Assembly (NCBI GenBank): GCA_963765245.1
Contig: CAVXVP010000020.1
Span: 152,865 to 216,864, forward strand
Source: an uncultured Chloroflexia bacterium
Lineage (GTDB): Bacteria; Chloroflexota; Limnocylindria; Limnocylindrales; CSP1-4
Reading direction: 5' to 3'
Length of the DNA: 64,000 bases
Both the position numbers and the translations under genes were made by a program. Each line of letters opens with the position of its first letter. The stretch's first letter is position 1. Below are positions 20,840 through 30,178 of this stretch, in pieces. The notes under the pieces are model-generated. The model did not search any database. It saw only the letters and a list, made by a program, of their open reading frames with translations, and had not been told where the DNA came from.

Positions 20840-21781
20840 ATGGCGCGCGCGATGTGGAAGGGGGCCATCCAGTTCGGGCTGGTCACCATCCCGGTCAAGC
20901 TCTATCTCGCGACCGAGTCCAAGGGCATCAGCTTCAACATGCTCCACAAGACCGACCTGTCGCGCATCCAGATGAAGGTCTGGTGCCCGGTCGAGGACGA
21001 GCCGATCTCCCGCTCGGACACGGTCAAGGGCTTCGAGTACGCCCCGGGCGAGTACGTCGTCGTCACCGACGAGGACCTCGAGCGCGTCCCGCTCAAGACC
21101 GTCCGCTCGATCGAGATCGAGCAGTTCACCAAGGCCGAGCGCGACGACGCCGCCGTGCGCTTCGTCAAGAGCGCCTACTACCTCGAGCCCGACAAGGTCG
21201 GCCGCAAGGCGTTCAACCTCCTGAAGTCGGTCCTCGCCGAGGACGGCCTCACGGCGATCTGCAAGGTCGTGATCAAGGACCGCGAGGCGCTGGCCGCGCT
21301 CGATCCGTTCGGCGACACGATGCTCCTGACCACGCTCCACTGGCCCGACGAGATCCGGGCCACGGACGAGCTCGACCTGGGCGACGAGAAGTACGAGTTC
21401 AAGCCGGCCGAGCTGGCGATGGCCAAGCAGCTCGTGTCGGCGATGACCGCCGAGTTCGACCCGAGCCAGTACAAGGACGAGTACCGCGAGGCGCTCGAGG
21501 AAGTGATCATGGCCAAGGTCGAGGGCAAGGAGACCGTCGAGATCGAGGCGCCCGAGGAGGGCGGCAAGCTCATCGACCTGATGGCGGCCCTCGAGGCATC
21601 GGTCAACGCGGCCAAGGCGTCGCGCGAGGCCAGCACGGACAAGCCCGTCTCCGTCTCGCGACGCCAAGGCCGCCAAGGCGGCCAAGGCCACGAAGACCAC
21701 GGCCGCCGCCAAGGCGAAGGCCGCCGAGGAGGACGAGGACGAGGCGCCCGCCAAGCCGGCCGGAAGCGCAAGACGGCCTGA
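20840..21781 (+). CDS. ku: NHEJ Ku protein with Lys/Ala-rich tail (compensating frameshifts near 21655 and 21755)
   Basis: RAMWKGAIQFGLVTIPVKLYLATE, VKGFEYAPGEYVVVT, YYLEPD, TLHWPDEIR, YKDEYR, IDLMAALEASV. Confidence 0.95.
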   Translation: MARAMWKGAIQFGLVTIPVKLYLATESKGISFNMLHKTDLSRIQMKVWCPVEDEPISRSDTVKGFEYAPGEYVVVTDEDLERVPLKTVRSIEIEQFTKAERDDAAVRFVKSAYYLEPDKVGRKAFNLLKSVLAEDGLTAICKVVIKDREALAALDPFGDTMLLTTLHWPDEIRATDELDLGDEKYEFKPAELAMAKQLVSAMTAEFDPSQYKDEYREALEEVIMAKVEGKETVEIEAPEEGGKLIDLMAALEASVNAAKASREASTDKPVSVSRRQGRQGGQGHEDHGRRQGEGRRGGRGRGARQAGRKRKTA

Positions 21782-21834
21782 CCCGCGGCTGAGCGGCCCG
21801 CAAAGTCTGAGCCGACGCGGCCCTCCACGATCCC

Positions 21835-24606
21835 ATGCCGCTCGAGGAATACCGCCGCAAGCGCGACTTCGGGAAGACCCCCGAGCCGGCACCGGCCGCC
21901 GTCACGGGCACGACCGGGCGCTTCGTCATCCAGCGCCATCGGGCCTCCCGGCTCCACTACGACTTCCGGCTCGAGATCGAGGGCGTCCTGGTCAGCTGGG
22001 CCGTCCCCAAGGGCCTGACGCTCGATTCGTCGGTCAGGCGCATGGCGGTCCACGTCGAGGACCACCCGATCGAGTACTTCGACTTCGAGGGCGTGATCCC
22101 GTCGAAGCAGTACGGCGCCGGCGACGTGATCGTCTGGGACTGGGGCACCTGGGAGCCCGAGGCACCGACCCTCGACCCGCGCCGTGCCATCGAGGACGGG
22201 GAGCTGAAGTTCGTCCTCCACGGCGAGAAGGTCAAGGGCCGCTACACGATCGTCCGGACCAGCGGCCGGCGGCAGAAGGGCGACGATCCGTCGGCTCGGG
22301 CGTTCGAGGACGACGAGGGTCAACAGTGGCTGCTGATCAAGAAGCGCGACGAGTTCTACGCGGCCGGCTGGGACGCCGAGGACCACCCGCAGAGCGTCAA
22401 GACCGGCCGGACCAACGACGACGTCAAGGCCGACCGCGACGCCCTCTGGAACGGCCAGGCGCCGGCGGCCGCGGCCGAGATCGACCTGACCGGCGCGGTC
22501 ACGGCGAAGATGCCGCCGTACATCGAGCCGATGCTGGCCACGCTCGCCTCGAAGCCGTTCAGCGACCCGGACTGGCTGTACGAGATCAAGTGGGACGGGT
22601 TCCGGGTCCAGGCCGTCGTCAACGAGGGCAAGGTCAAGACCTGGACCCGCGGGCTCAAGGACGCCGAGACCTACTTCCCGCGGCTGCTGTCGCCGCCTTC
22701 GTGGATCGACGCCAAGCAGGCGATCGTCGATGGCGAGGTCGTGGCCCTCGACGAGGACGGGCGCCCGGATTTCTCGCTCCTCCAGACCAAGCTCGGCCAG
22801 AAGGGGGTCGGCGGCCTCGTCTACCAGCCGTTCGACCTGCTCTATCTCGACGGCCGGCTCGCTGCTCGATGTCCCGCTCGAGGATCGCAAGCGACTGCTC
22901 CAGAGCGTGCTCAAGGCCCACCCGCGGGTGCGCTTCGCGTCGCACATCGTCGGCGACGGCGAGGCGTTCTTCGAGGCCGCGGGGGCCAACCACCTGGAGG
23001 GCATGATCGCCAAGCTCCGACGGAGCCGGTACGAGCCGGGCAGGCGATCCAAGGCCTGGCTGAAGCTGAAGGTCCGGCCCGAGCAGGAGCTGGTCATCGC
23101 CGGGTGGACGCCGGGCGAGGGCAACGCCCGGGATCTCGGCGCGCTGGCGGTGGGCTACTACGACGACGGCAAGCTGAAGTTCGCCGGCAAGGTCGGGTCG
23201 GGCTTCACCGCCGCGGTCCGCAAGGAGCTGCTCTCGAAGCTCAAGCCGCTCGCGGTCGACGACTCGCCGTACGACGAACCGCCGCCGAAGGACTACAAGG
23301 GTCGCTGGGGCGGCGACCTGGGGTCGGTGACCTGGGTCCGGCCCGAGCTCGTGATGCGCGCGGAGCTCGGCGGCTGGACGCGTGACGGCGTCGTCCGCCA
23401 GACCGCGTACAAGGGACTCGAGCCGGGTCGCGACCCGCTGACCGTCCATCGGGAGGTGCCGGTCGCGACGGCCGGCGCGGTCCGTGCCGCCGAGGCCGAG
23501 ACGCCCGCGGCCGACCGCCAGTCGAGCGATGATCGACGGCATGCCGAAGACACCGACCGGAAGGCGACGAAGGCAACCAAGGCAACGAGCGCCGCAAAGG
23601 CACGCCGCGGCCGCGACGCCCGTCGACCGACGTCCCCGACGACTGGCGCATCACCGACGACGAGCTCGCCGCGCTCGATGCCCTCGGCAAGGAAGGCGTC
23701 TGGCACGCCAACGGCGTCGACCTCAAGCTGACGAACCTCGACAAGCCGCTCTTCGAACCGCGCGAGCCCGACGGCGGCGGCCCGATCACGAAGCGCGAGC
23801 TCATCCGCTACTTCGCGCGGATCGCGCCCGCGATGCTGCGGCACACGAAGGACCGGCCGCTCAACCTGCAGCGGTTCCCGAACGGCGCCGGATCGCAGGG
23901 CTTCTGGCAGAAGGACATCCCGGACACCGCGCCGACGTGGCTGACCCGCTGGCGCGAGACCGGCGTCGATGGTCGGACCGACCGCGACGCCAACGACCAC
24001 CTGATCGCCGACCGCGCCGCGTCCCTGTGCTGGCTCGGCAACCAGGCCAGCTTCGAGATCCACGCCTGGACCGGGCGCCTGCCCGACCCGTGGCAGCCGA
24101 CCTTCGCCTACATCGACATCGACCCGGGCGAGAAGACGACCCTCGAGGAGACGCTCGTCCTCGCTCGGCTCTACCGGACCGCGCTCGGGCATCTCGGCGT
24201 CCGCGGCTATCCCAAGACGACCGGCAAGCGCGGCATCCAGATCTGGATCCCGATCGTCCCCAAGTACAGCTTCGAGCAGACCAGCCAGTGGGTCGAGCGC
24301 GTCTCGAAGGCCGTCGGCTCGACCGTCCCGGAGCTCGTCTCGTGGGAGTGGTCGAAGGGCAACCGGCAGGGCAAGGCCCGCCTCGACTACACGCAGAACG
24401 CCTCGATCAAGACGCTGGTCGCGCCGTATTCGGTCCGGCCGGCGGCGGGCGCCCCGGTCTCGGCGCCGATCACCTGGGACGAGCTCGACGACAAGGACCT
24501 GCGGCCCGACCGCTGGACGATCCGGACCATCGTCGACCGCGTCGCCGAGCAGGGCGACCTGTTCGCCGCGGCCCAGACCGACGCCCAGGAGCTCCCCGAG
24601 GTCTGA
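21835..24606 (+). CDS. ligD: NHEJ DNA ligase D, PE-LIG-POL order (frameshifts near 22860 and 23500-23630)
   Basis: LEEYRRKRDF, FVIQRHRASRLHYDFRLE; YEIKWDGFR, EGMIAK, WLKLK; LTNLDK, LQRFPNG, IDIDP, KTTGKRGIQI, LDYTQN, APYSVR. Confidence 0.93.
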
Positions 24607-24640
24607 CACCGGGACGCCGCCCGCATGGCAGGATTCGACG

Positions 24641-25878
24641 ATGACCGACGACACGATCCGACTGCGCCAGCCCACCGCCGACGAGATCCGAGCCTTCGTC
24701 CAGCCGACCGGCGAGGCGTTCGCCGAAGTGTTCAGCGAAGCCGAGCTGGATCTCGAGCGCCGATTGTGGGAGCTCGATCGGCTCATCGGTGCCGTGGATG
24801 GCGACAGGTGGGTCGGGACCGGCGGCGCGTATTCGTTCGGGCTGACCGTGCCCGGCGGGGAAGTCGCGGCGGCCGGGATCACCATGATCGGCGTCACGCC
24901 GAGTCATCGGCGGCGCGGGATCCTTCGCCTCATCATGCGCTGGCTCTTCGACCAGGCTCGAGAGCGCGGCGAACCGGTCTCCATCCTGTGGGCGTCCGAA
25001 AGTGCGATCTACCAGCACTTCGGGTACGGCATCGGGACGCTCCAGAGCACGTTCGACATCGAGCGCACCCGGATGACCTTCGCCCGGCCGGCGCCGGCGC
25101 TCGGACGGATCCGCCTGATCGATCGCGACGAGGCGACTCGGCTCTTCCCGCCGATCTACGAGGCCGTCCGCGTCGGCATCCCGGGGACCGTGACCCGAAG
25201 CGAGGCACGGTGGCGACTCGACCAGCTCGAGGACGCGGAATGGCAGCGAGCCGCGAACGGCATCAAGTACCTCGCGGTCCTGGAGGTGGACGGCGAACCT
25301 CGCGGGTACGCCATCTACCGCACCAAGTCGGAATGGGGCGAGATGGGGCCGAACAACACGGTCCTCGTGTTCGAGGTCGTCGGTCTCGACGCAGCCGCCG
25401 AGCGCGCCATCTGGGAGTGGATCGCCGGCATCGACCTCGTCGGCCATATCAAGGCTTTGGCGCGGCCCCGTGCCGCATCCGCTGATGCTCCAGCTGACCG
25501 AGCCACGCCGCCTGGGCCTCAACGTGCGCGAGGGCATGTGGCTGCGCCTGATCGACCTGAAGGCGGCGCTCGAGGCGCGGACGTACGGCGCGGCCGGGTC
25601 GCTCACGTTCGAGGTGACCGACGAGTTCTGCCCCTGGAACGCCGGGCGTTGGCGGCTGGAGGTTGTCGGGCGATGGGCGCGGCACGGTGACGGCCTCCGA
25701 CGCCGACCCCGACCTCACCCTCGACACGGCGGATCTGGCGACCACCTACCTCGGCACCTTCACCTTCGCCGACCTGGCCCGCGCCGGCCGGGTGGGGGAG
25801 TGCCGGCCGGGGGCCGTGGCTGACGCGGATCGGTTGTTCGCCACGGCGACGGCGCCGTGGTCCTCGACGATGTTCTAG
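24641..25878 (+). CDS. Eis-like GNAT N-acetyltransferase with C-terminal SCP2-like domain (frameshifts near 25465, 25670)
   Basis: IGVTPSHRRRGIL, LWASESAIYQHFGYG, WLRLIDLKAALEARTY, FCPWNAGRWRL, LATTYLG. Confidence 0.88.
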
Positions 25879-25940
25879 GGTCGCTGACAGGCCAAATTTC
25901 ACCGATCGACGATCTCGACAGATCCCGGTAGCGTGACGCC

Positions 25941-26201
25941 ATGGGATCAGCCAGCCGACGCTGGGCACTCAACTTGGTCATCCATGCGCGTGGCGACGAG
26001 CTACGCGACGAGGTGACTCAAGGTCTGCCCACGATCGTGAAACTCGTGCTCGAAGACGTCGAGCTGCGTCCAGGCGACGCCGAACTTCTCGCCGATGCAG
26101 TCATCACCGACCTCGACGGCACCGAAGCGCGCCTCGGCGTCGCGTCGTTCACCCTCGACGAACTCGCGGAGCGATATCCCGACCTACGGTTGGCCTGGTA
26201 G
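25941..26201 (+). CDS. Hypothetical protein (86 aa)
   Basis: TAGCGT -10 six nt upstream of ATG; acidic ORF with coding-like codon use. Confidence 0.6.
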   Translation: MGSASRRWALNLVIHARGDELRDEVTQGLPTIVKLVLEDVELRPGDAELLADAVITDLDGTEARLGVASFTLDELAERYPDLRLAW

Positions 26202-26250
26202 CGATCGGTCCGCCCTGGTCACCCAGAGGGTCGGACCGTATCCTGGCTAG

Positions 26251-28191
26251 GTGGGCGATACCGAGTATCCCGAGGCGGAACACGGGTGGAGTTCGTCGTT
26301 CCCCGCGTTCCACGAAGCTGCCGCTCCTTACATCCGAGATTCGCTGAGCGCATTCCTGCACGACGCCTCATTTCAGCAGATCAGAGCCTGGGACGATTCG
26401 ATCAAGCCGCTTCAAGTCGAGGTCGGCGAGGTCCTACGGCAGGACTCGGCAGCAAGTGGCTACACGGCCATCCTGGAATATCAACTCCCGCTCGAACATC
26501 GGCGACCGGACGTGATCCTCCTAATCGGTGGTGTCGTTCTGGTCCTTGAACTCAAGGGAAAGAACCGGGCGGAGATAGCTGACGTTGATCAGGCAGCGGC
26601 CTATGCACGCGACCTGCGCGCATATCACAGGGAGTGCGCAGATCGGCCCGTTCAGGCCGCTCTGGTCCTAACCCGCGCCTCGGGTCGCTTGGGTGAGGTA
26701 ACCGGGATTCCAGTCGTCGGTATCGACGCGGTGGACGACCTTGCCGCCGAGTATCGCGGCGGCCCTTCATTGGTGCCCTTATCGCGTTCCACATTTCTAG
26801 ATCCCTCGGCATACCGTCCACTGCCAACGATCGTCGAAGCAGCGCGCGAGCTCATGGAGAGCGGCACGCTTCGTCGCATCGAACGGGCCTATGCGGTTAC
26901 ACAGCCAACGCTTGACTACGTCTCGGCAATTGCTCGAGACGCCGCCGCCACCAATTCCCGGCACTTGGTCCTCCTCAGCGGGTTGCCTGGCACAGGAAAG
27001 ACGCTTGTCGGATTACAGCTCGCCCATGCTCGGTTCTTGGACGACTTGGCCGTCCAACGTGCAGAAGGCAAGCCAACGGCTCCAGCCGTGTACCTGTCCG
27101 GGAATGGTCCGCTGGTCGAGGTGCTCCAGTACGAGTTGAAGGGCGCCGGGGGTGGCGGCCGGGCGTTTGTGCGTGCGGTGAAGGCATACGTCGAGACGTA
27201 TTCGCGTCGTCCACAGGCCGTTCCGCCGGAGCACGTCCTGATCTTCGATGAGGCTCAGCGAGCGTTCGATGCCGAACAGGTGCGGGCGACGCATAAAGAC
27301 GGACCGGACGACGGGAAGTCAGAACCCGAGCATTTCATCGAATTTGCCGAACGAATCCCAGGCTGGTGTGTCGTCGTCGGCTTGATCGGGTCCGGCCAGG
27401 AAATCCATGTCGGTGAGGAGGCCGGAATCGGTCAATGGAGTGCGGCAATTGAGGCATCTGCGGAAGCAAGTCAGTGGATTATCCACGCTCCGCCAGGACT
27501 CGCCGGCGAACTCGGGAACCTTCCTGTGCGTATCGACAAGCGCCTCCATTTGGAGGCCGAGCTCCGATATCACCTGGCCACAGACATCCACGCGTTCGTT
27601 TCAGCGCTGCTCGGTGGGCCACTCGATGAGCGACTTTCGGGGATCGCGGCCGCATTGCAGGAGGCGGGATTTCACCTCCGGATCACGCGGGACCTTGAGA
27701 GCGCCAAGGTGTACCTGCGCCAGCGGTATGAAGGCGAACCTGACAAGCGCTTCGGCCTGATCGCCTCGTCTCGGGACAAGCATTTGGAAGGCTTTGGTGT
27801 ACCCAACGACTGGAATTCGACACAGCGCGTTCGGCCTGGTCCATGGTTCGGGGAAGGCGATGACGATCCTCTCGGGCGGTCATGTCGAACCTTGCGCACC
27901 TGCATCACAGAGTTCGGGTGCCAGGGTCTGGAACTTGACGCGGCCCTGCTCGCCTGGGGAACCGATTTCATCGTTGAGAATGGCGACTGGTCGAACCGGC
28001 TCGCCAAGCGGTACCAACAGCCAGCCCAGATCAAAAACGCCCTCCAACTCCGCATCAACGCGTATCGCGTCCTGCTTACGAGGGCACGCGACGCAACCGT
28101 TGTCTTTGTCCCACCGCTGCCCGTCCTCGACGCGACGTACGAGGCTCTCTGCCAAGCCGGTTTTCGACAGCTGCTTTCGGACGGCTCCTAG
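26251..28191 (+). CDS. PD-(D/E)xK nuclease fused to DUF2075 / Schlafen group 3-like SF1 helicase
   Basis: LEY...RPDVILL...VLELKG...DQAAAY; Walker A SGLPGTGKT; Walker B LIFDEAQR; TEFGCQGLELD; NAYRVLLTRAR; no frameshift. Confidence 0.88.
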   Translation: MGDTEYPEAEHGWSSSFPAFHEAAAPYIRDSLSAFLHDASFQQIRAWDDSIKPLQVEVGEVLRQDSAASGYTAILEYQLPLEHRRPDVILLIGGVVLVLELKGKNRAEIADVDQAAAYARDLRAYHRECADRPVQAALVLTRASGRLGEVTGIPVVGIDAVDDLAAEYRGGPSLVPLSRSTFLDPSAYRPLPTIVEAARELMESGTLRRIERAYAVTQPTLDYVSAIARDAAATNSRHLVLLSGLPGTGKTLVGLQLAHARFLDDLAVQRAEGKPTAPAVYLSGNGPLVEVLQYELKGAGGGGRAFVRAVKAYVETYSRRPQAVPPEHVLIFDEAQRAFDAEQVRATHKDGPDDGKSEPEHFIEFAERIPGWCVVVGLIGSGQEIHVGEEAGIGQWSAAIEASAEASQWIIHAPPGLAGELGNLPVRIDKRLHLEAELRYHLATDIHAFVSALLGGPLDERLSGIAAALQEAGFHLRITRDLESAKVYLRQRYEGEPDKRFGLIASSRDKHLEGFGVPNDWNSTQRVRPGPWFGEGDDDPLGRSCRTLRTCITEFGCQGLELDAALLAWGTDFIVENGDWSNRLAKRYQQPAQIKNALQLRINAYRVLLTRARDATVVFVPPLPVLDATYEALCQAGFRQLLSDGS

Positions 28192-28974
28192 GTGGCCGAT
28201 CGCAAGCTGTCTCTCGATGAGGCCGTGATGGGAGCCGCTGAGGCACCGCCATCAATCCGGATTGAATTTCGGGATCGGATCGCCGAACACGGTGCGGCTG
28301 GCATCGAGCGGGTTGTGCCTTGGCTGACGGATCCAAAGATGGCGGCATTCGCCGTCCGAGTGATCGCCCGAGCAGCACAGTTTGGGGCCGCCGACGATGC
28401 CCGACGAGCGTTGCAAATGGCCATCGCGGGCCTATCGGAGCCGGCGCGGTCGGATGCCGCATCGGCACTCGAGGCACTTGGGGTGCGACGCCGCCAGAGT
28501 CCCGGAAAACGGGGTTCAACGGTCACAACGACCCCCGCCAACGCCACTTCACTTGAAGACTTGATGGAGGACAAGGTTTACAAGCGGCGGGATCTCCACC
28601 AATCCGGTCTCGGTGGCAACTGGCAAAGGGGAATCAGCTACCCAGCAGGCGGAACGTACGTCCTTCTCTTCTCGGATCCAGATAGCAAAGTCGAATGGGG
28701 ATATCAGGACAGCTGGGACGGACCAAACACTTATCGCTACTACGGCGAGTGGGATGGAACCGGCGACATGCTGATGCGAGGCGGAAATCTGGAGATCGTT
28801 GAGCGAAGTCCGGAGATCTACCTTTTCGTCAAGGCGCCCAACGGCCACCGCTATGCGGGCATATTCGAACTTCAATCACAGGAACGAGTACCGGCGACGC
28901 GAGACAACAAGCAATTCATGGCTCTTGTCTTCATGCTCGTGCGACGATCAGCAAAGTCTCAGGAGGGCGGTTAG
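28192..28974 (+). CDS. Helical N-terminal domain plus SRA/YDG-like domain protein
   Basis: KRRDLH..GLGGNWQRGISYP...LLFS...GYQDSW...YRYYGE..GTGDM..RGGN...IYLF...RYAG pattern as in SRA domains of 5mC-dependent McrA-like nucleases; no HNH motif. Confidence 0.7.
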   Translation: MADRKLSLDEAVMGAAEAPPSIRIEFRDRIAEHGAAGIERVVPWLTDPKMAAFAVRVIARAAQFGAADDARRALQMAIAGLSEPARSDAASALEALGVRRRQSPGKRGSTVTTTPANATSLEDLMEDKVYKRRDLHQSGLGGNWQRGISYPAGGTYVLLFSDPDSKVEWGYQDSWDGPNTYRYYGEWDGTGDMLMRGGNLEIVERSPEIYLFVKAPNGHRYAGIFELQSQERVPATRDNKQFMALVFMLVRRSAKSQEGG

Positions 28975-29568
28975 CTCCTCGTCGGAGGATTGCGTGAGGC
29001 CTCCCTTGCGAATCGCCAGATTGACGTCGTCGCGGCCCGGCCAATTCGGGTCGTAGATCCGGAGCGTGACTGCGTCGCCCTCGATTTCGTAGGCATAGGC
29101 GAGGACCTGGTGGCTCTGGGTCAGGTGGAACGGGTTGAGTCCCGAGTGCCGGACGAGGCCCACCATCGCGAGCCGGTCCGCGTCGATGTCGACTTTGATC
29201 CGCGGCCACTCGACGTCCCAGGTTCGCCGCGACGCCCGCTCCGGGCTGATGGCGCCCATCCACCAGAAGCGGAGTGGCGTCCGCAGCCAGTCGAGGGACT
29301 GGACCTGGCGACGAACCAGCGCCCGAAATAGCGGCGACCCGTTCGCCGGCGCCTCGGCATCCGCGGGCACCGCCGCCCCCGCCTCGAACCGCTCGCGGAC
29401 GAACCAGCTCATGCCGCCGCAGAGGCCAGCCGCCGCGTCGCCGATGCCGATCCAGCGGGGATCGAACGGGCCGAAGCGCACGGTCGGGCCGGGCGGGAAG
29501 CGGTTGGCGAAGCGCAGACCGTGGGTGCTCGGCAGGAAGCCGGGCACGGCGTTCGACTCGAGATTCAC
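28948..29568 (-). CDS. Hypothetical protein with papain-like Cys-His-Asp motif
   Basis: GLCGGMS, SHQVLAY, RIYDPN; TATCGT -10 six nt upstream of GTG. Confidence 0.65.
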   Translation of the reverse strand: MNLESNAVPGFLPSTHGLRFANRFPPGPTVRFGPFDPRWIGIGDAAAGLCGGMSWFVRERFEAGAAVPADAEAPANGSPLFRALVRRQVQSLDWLRTPLRFWWMGAISPERASRRTWDVEWPRIKVDIDADRLAMVGLVRHSGLNPFHLTQSHQVLAYAYEIEGDAVTLRIYDPNWPGRDDVNLAIRKGGLTQSSDEELTALLRLC

Positions 29569-29638
29569 ATGCTCACGATACGAGAACCAGCCGTGGCGCC
29601 CGCCGACCCGTAACAGGGCGGGGCTACCATGGACGACC

Positions 29639-30121
29639 ATGGGCGAACGAACCAGCGCCGGGATCCTGCTCTACCGGCGCGGCAGCAACCCCGACATGCC
29701 ACTCGAGGTCCTTCTCGCCCACCCGGGCGGGCCGTACTTCGCGAAGCGCGACCTTGGCGACTGGACGATCCCGAAGGGCGAGCCGGACGGCCGGCACGAG
29801 CCGCTCGATGCGGTCGCGCGTCGTGAGTTCGAGGAGGAGACGGGGACGGCGATCGACCCCACGGTGCCGGCCATCGAACTCGGATCGATCATCCAGAAGG
29901 GCGGCAAGGTCGTCCACGCCTGGGCGGTCGAGGGCGACCTGGATCCGGCCACGGCGCATTCCAACGAGTTCGAGATCGAGTGGCCGCCGCGATCCGGCAA
30001 GCGTCAGCGAATCCCGGAGATCGACCGGGTCGAGTGGTTCGGCCCCATCGAGGCGCGGCGGCGGATCAAGCCGACGCAGGCGCCGCTGATCGACCGGCTC
30101 GAGGAGGCCCTCGGCCGCTGA
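29639..30121 (+). CDS. NUDIX hydrolase
   Basis: SAGILLYR, VLLAHPGGP, WTIPKGE...VARREFEEETG, EIEWPPRSG, PEIDRVEWF. Confidence 0.9.
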   Translation: MGERTSAGILLYRRGSNPDMPLEVLLAHPGGPYFAKRDLGDWTIPKGEPDGRHEPLDAVARREFEEETGTAIDPTVPAIELGSIIQKGGKVVHAWAVEGDLDPATAHSNEFEIEWPPRSGKRQRIPEIDRVEWFGPIEARRRIKPTQAPLIDRLEEALGR

Positions 30122-30178
30122 CGGACCGCCGGGATCGGCTCGGCATTGACGGCGAGTGCCCGCCGCCCGCGCCGGAAC

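Noticed and set aside
1296-25878. Pseudogene cluster or programmed frameshifting
   Set aside because: No in-frame stops, intact active sites and no slippery-site pattern; indel errors are more parsimonious
25879-29000. Integrase-mobilised island with att sites
   Set aside because: No integrase, tRNA or flanking direct repeats found by eye; treated as a variable replacement-type insert
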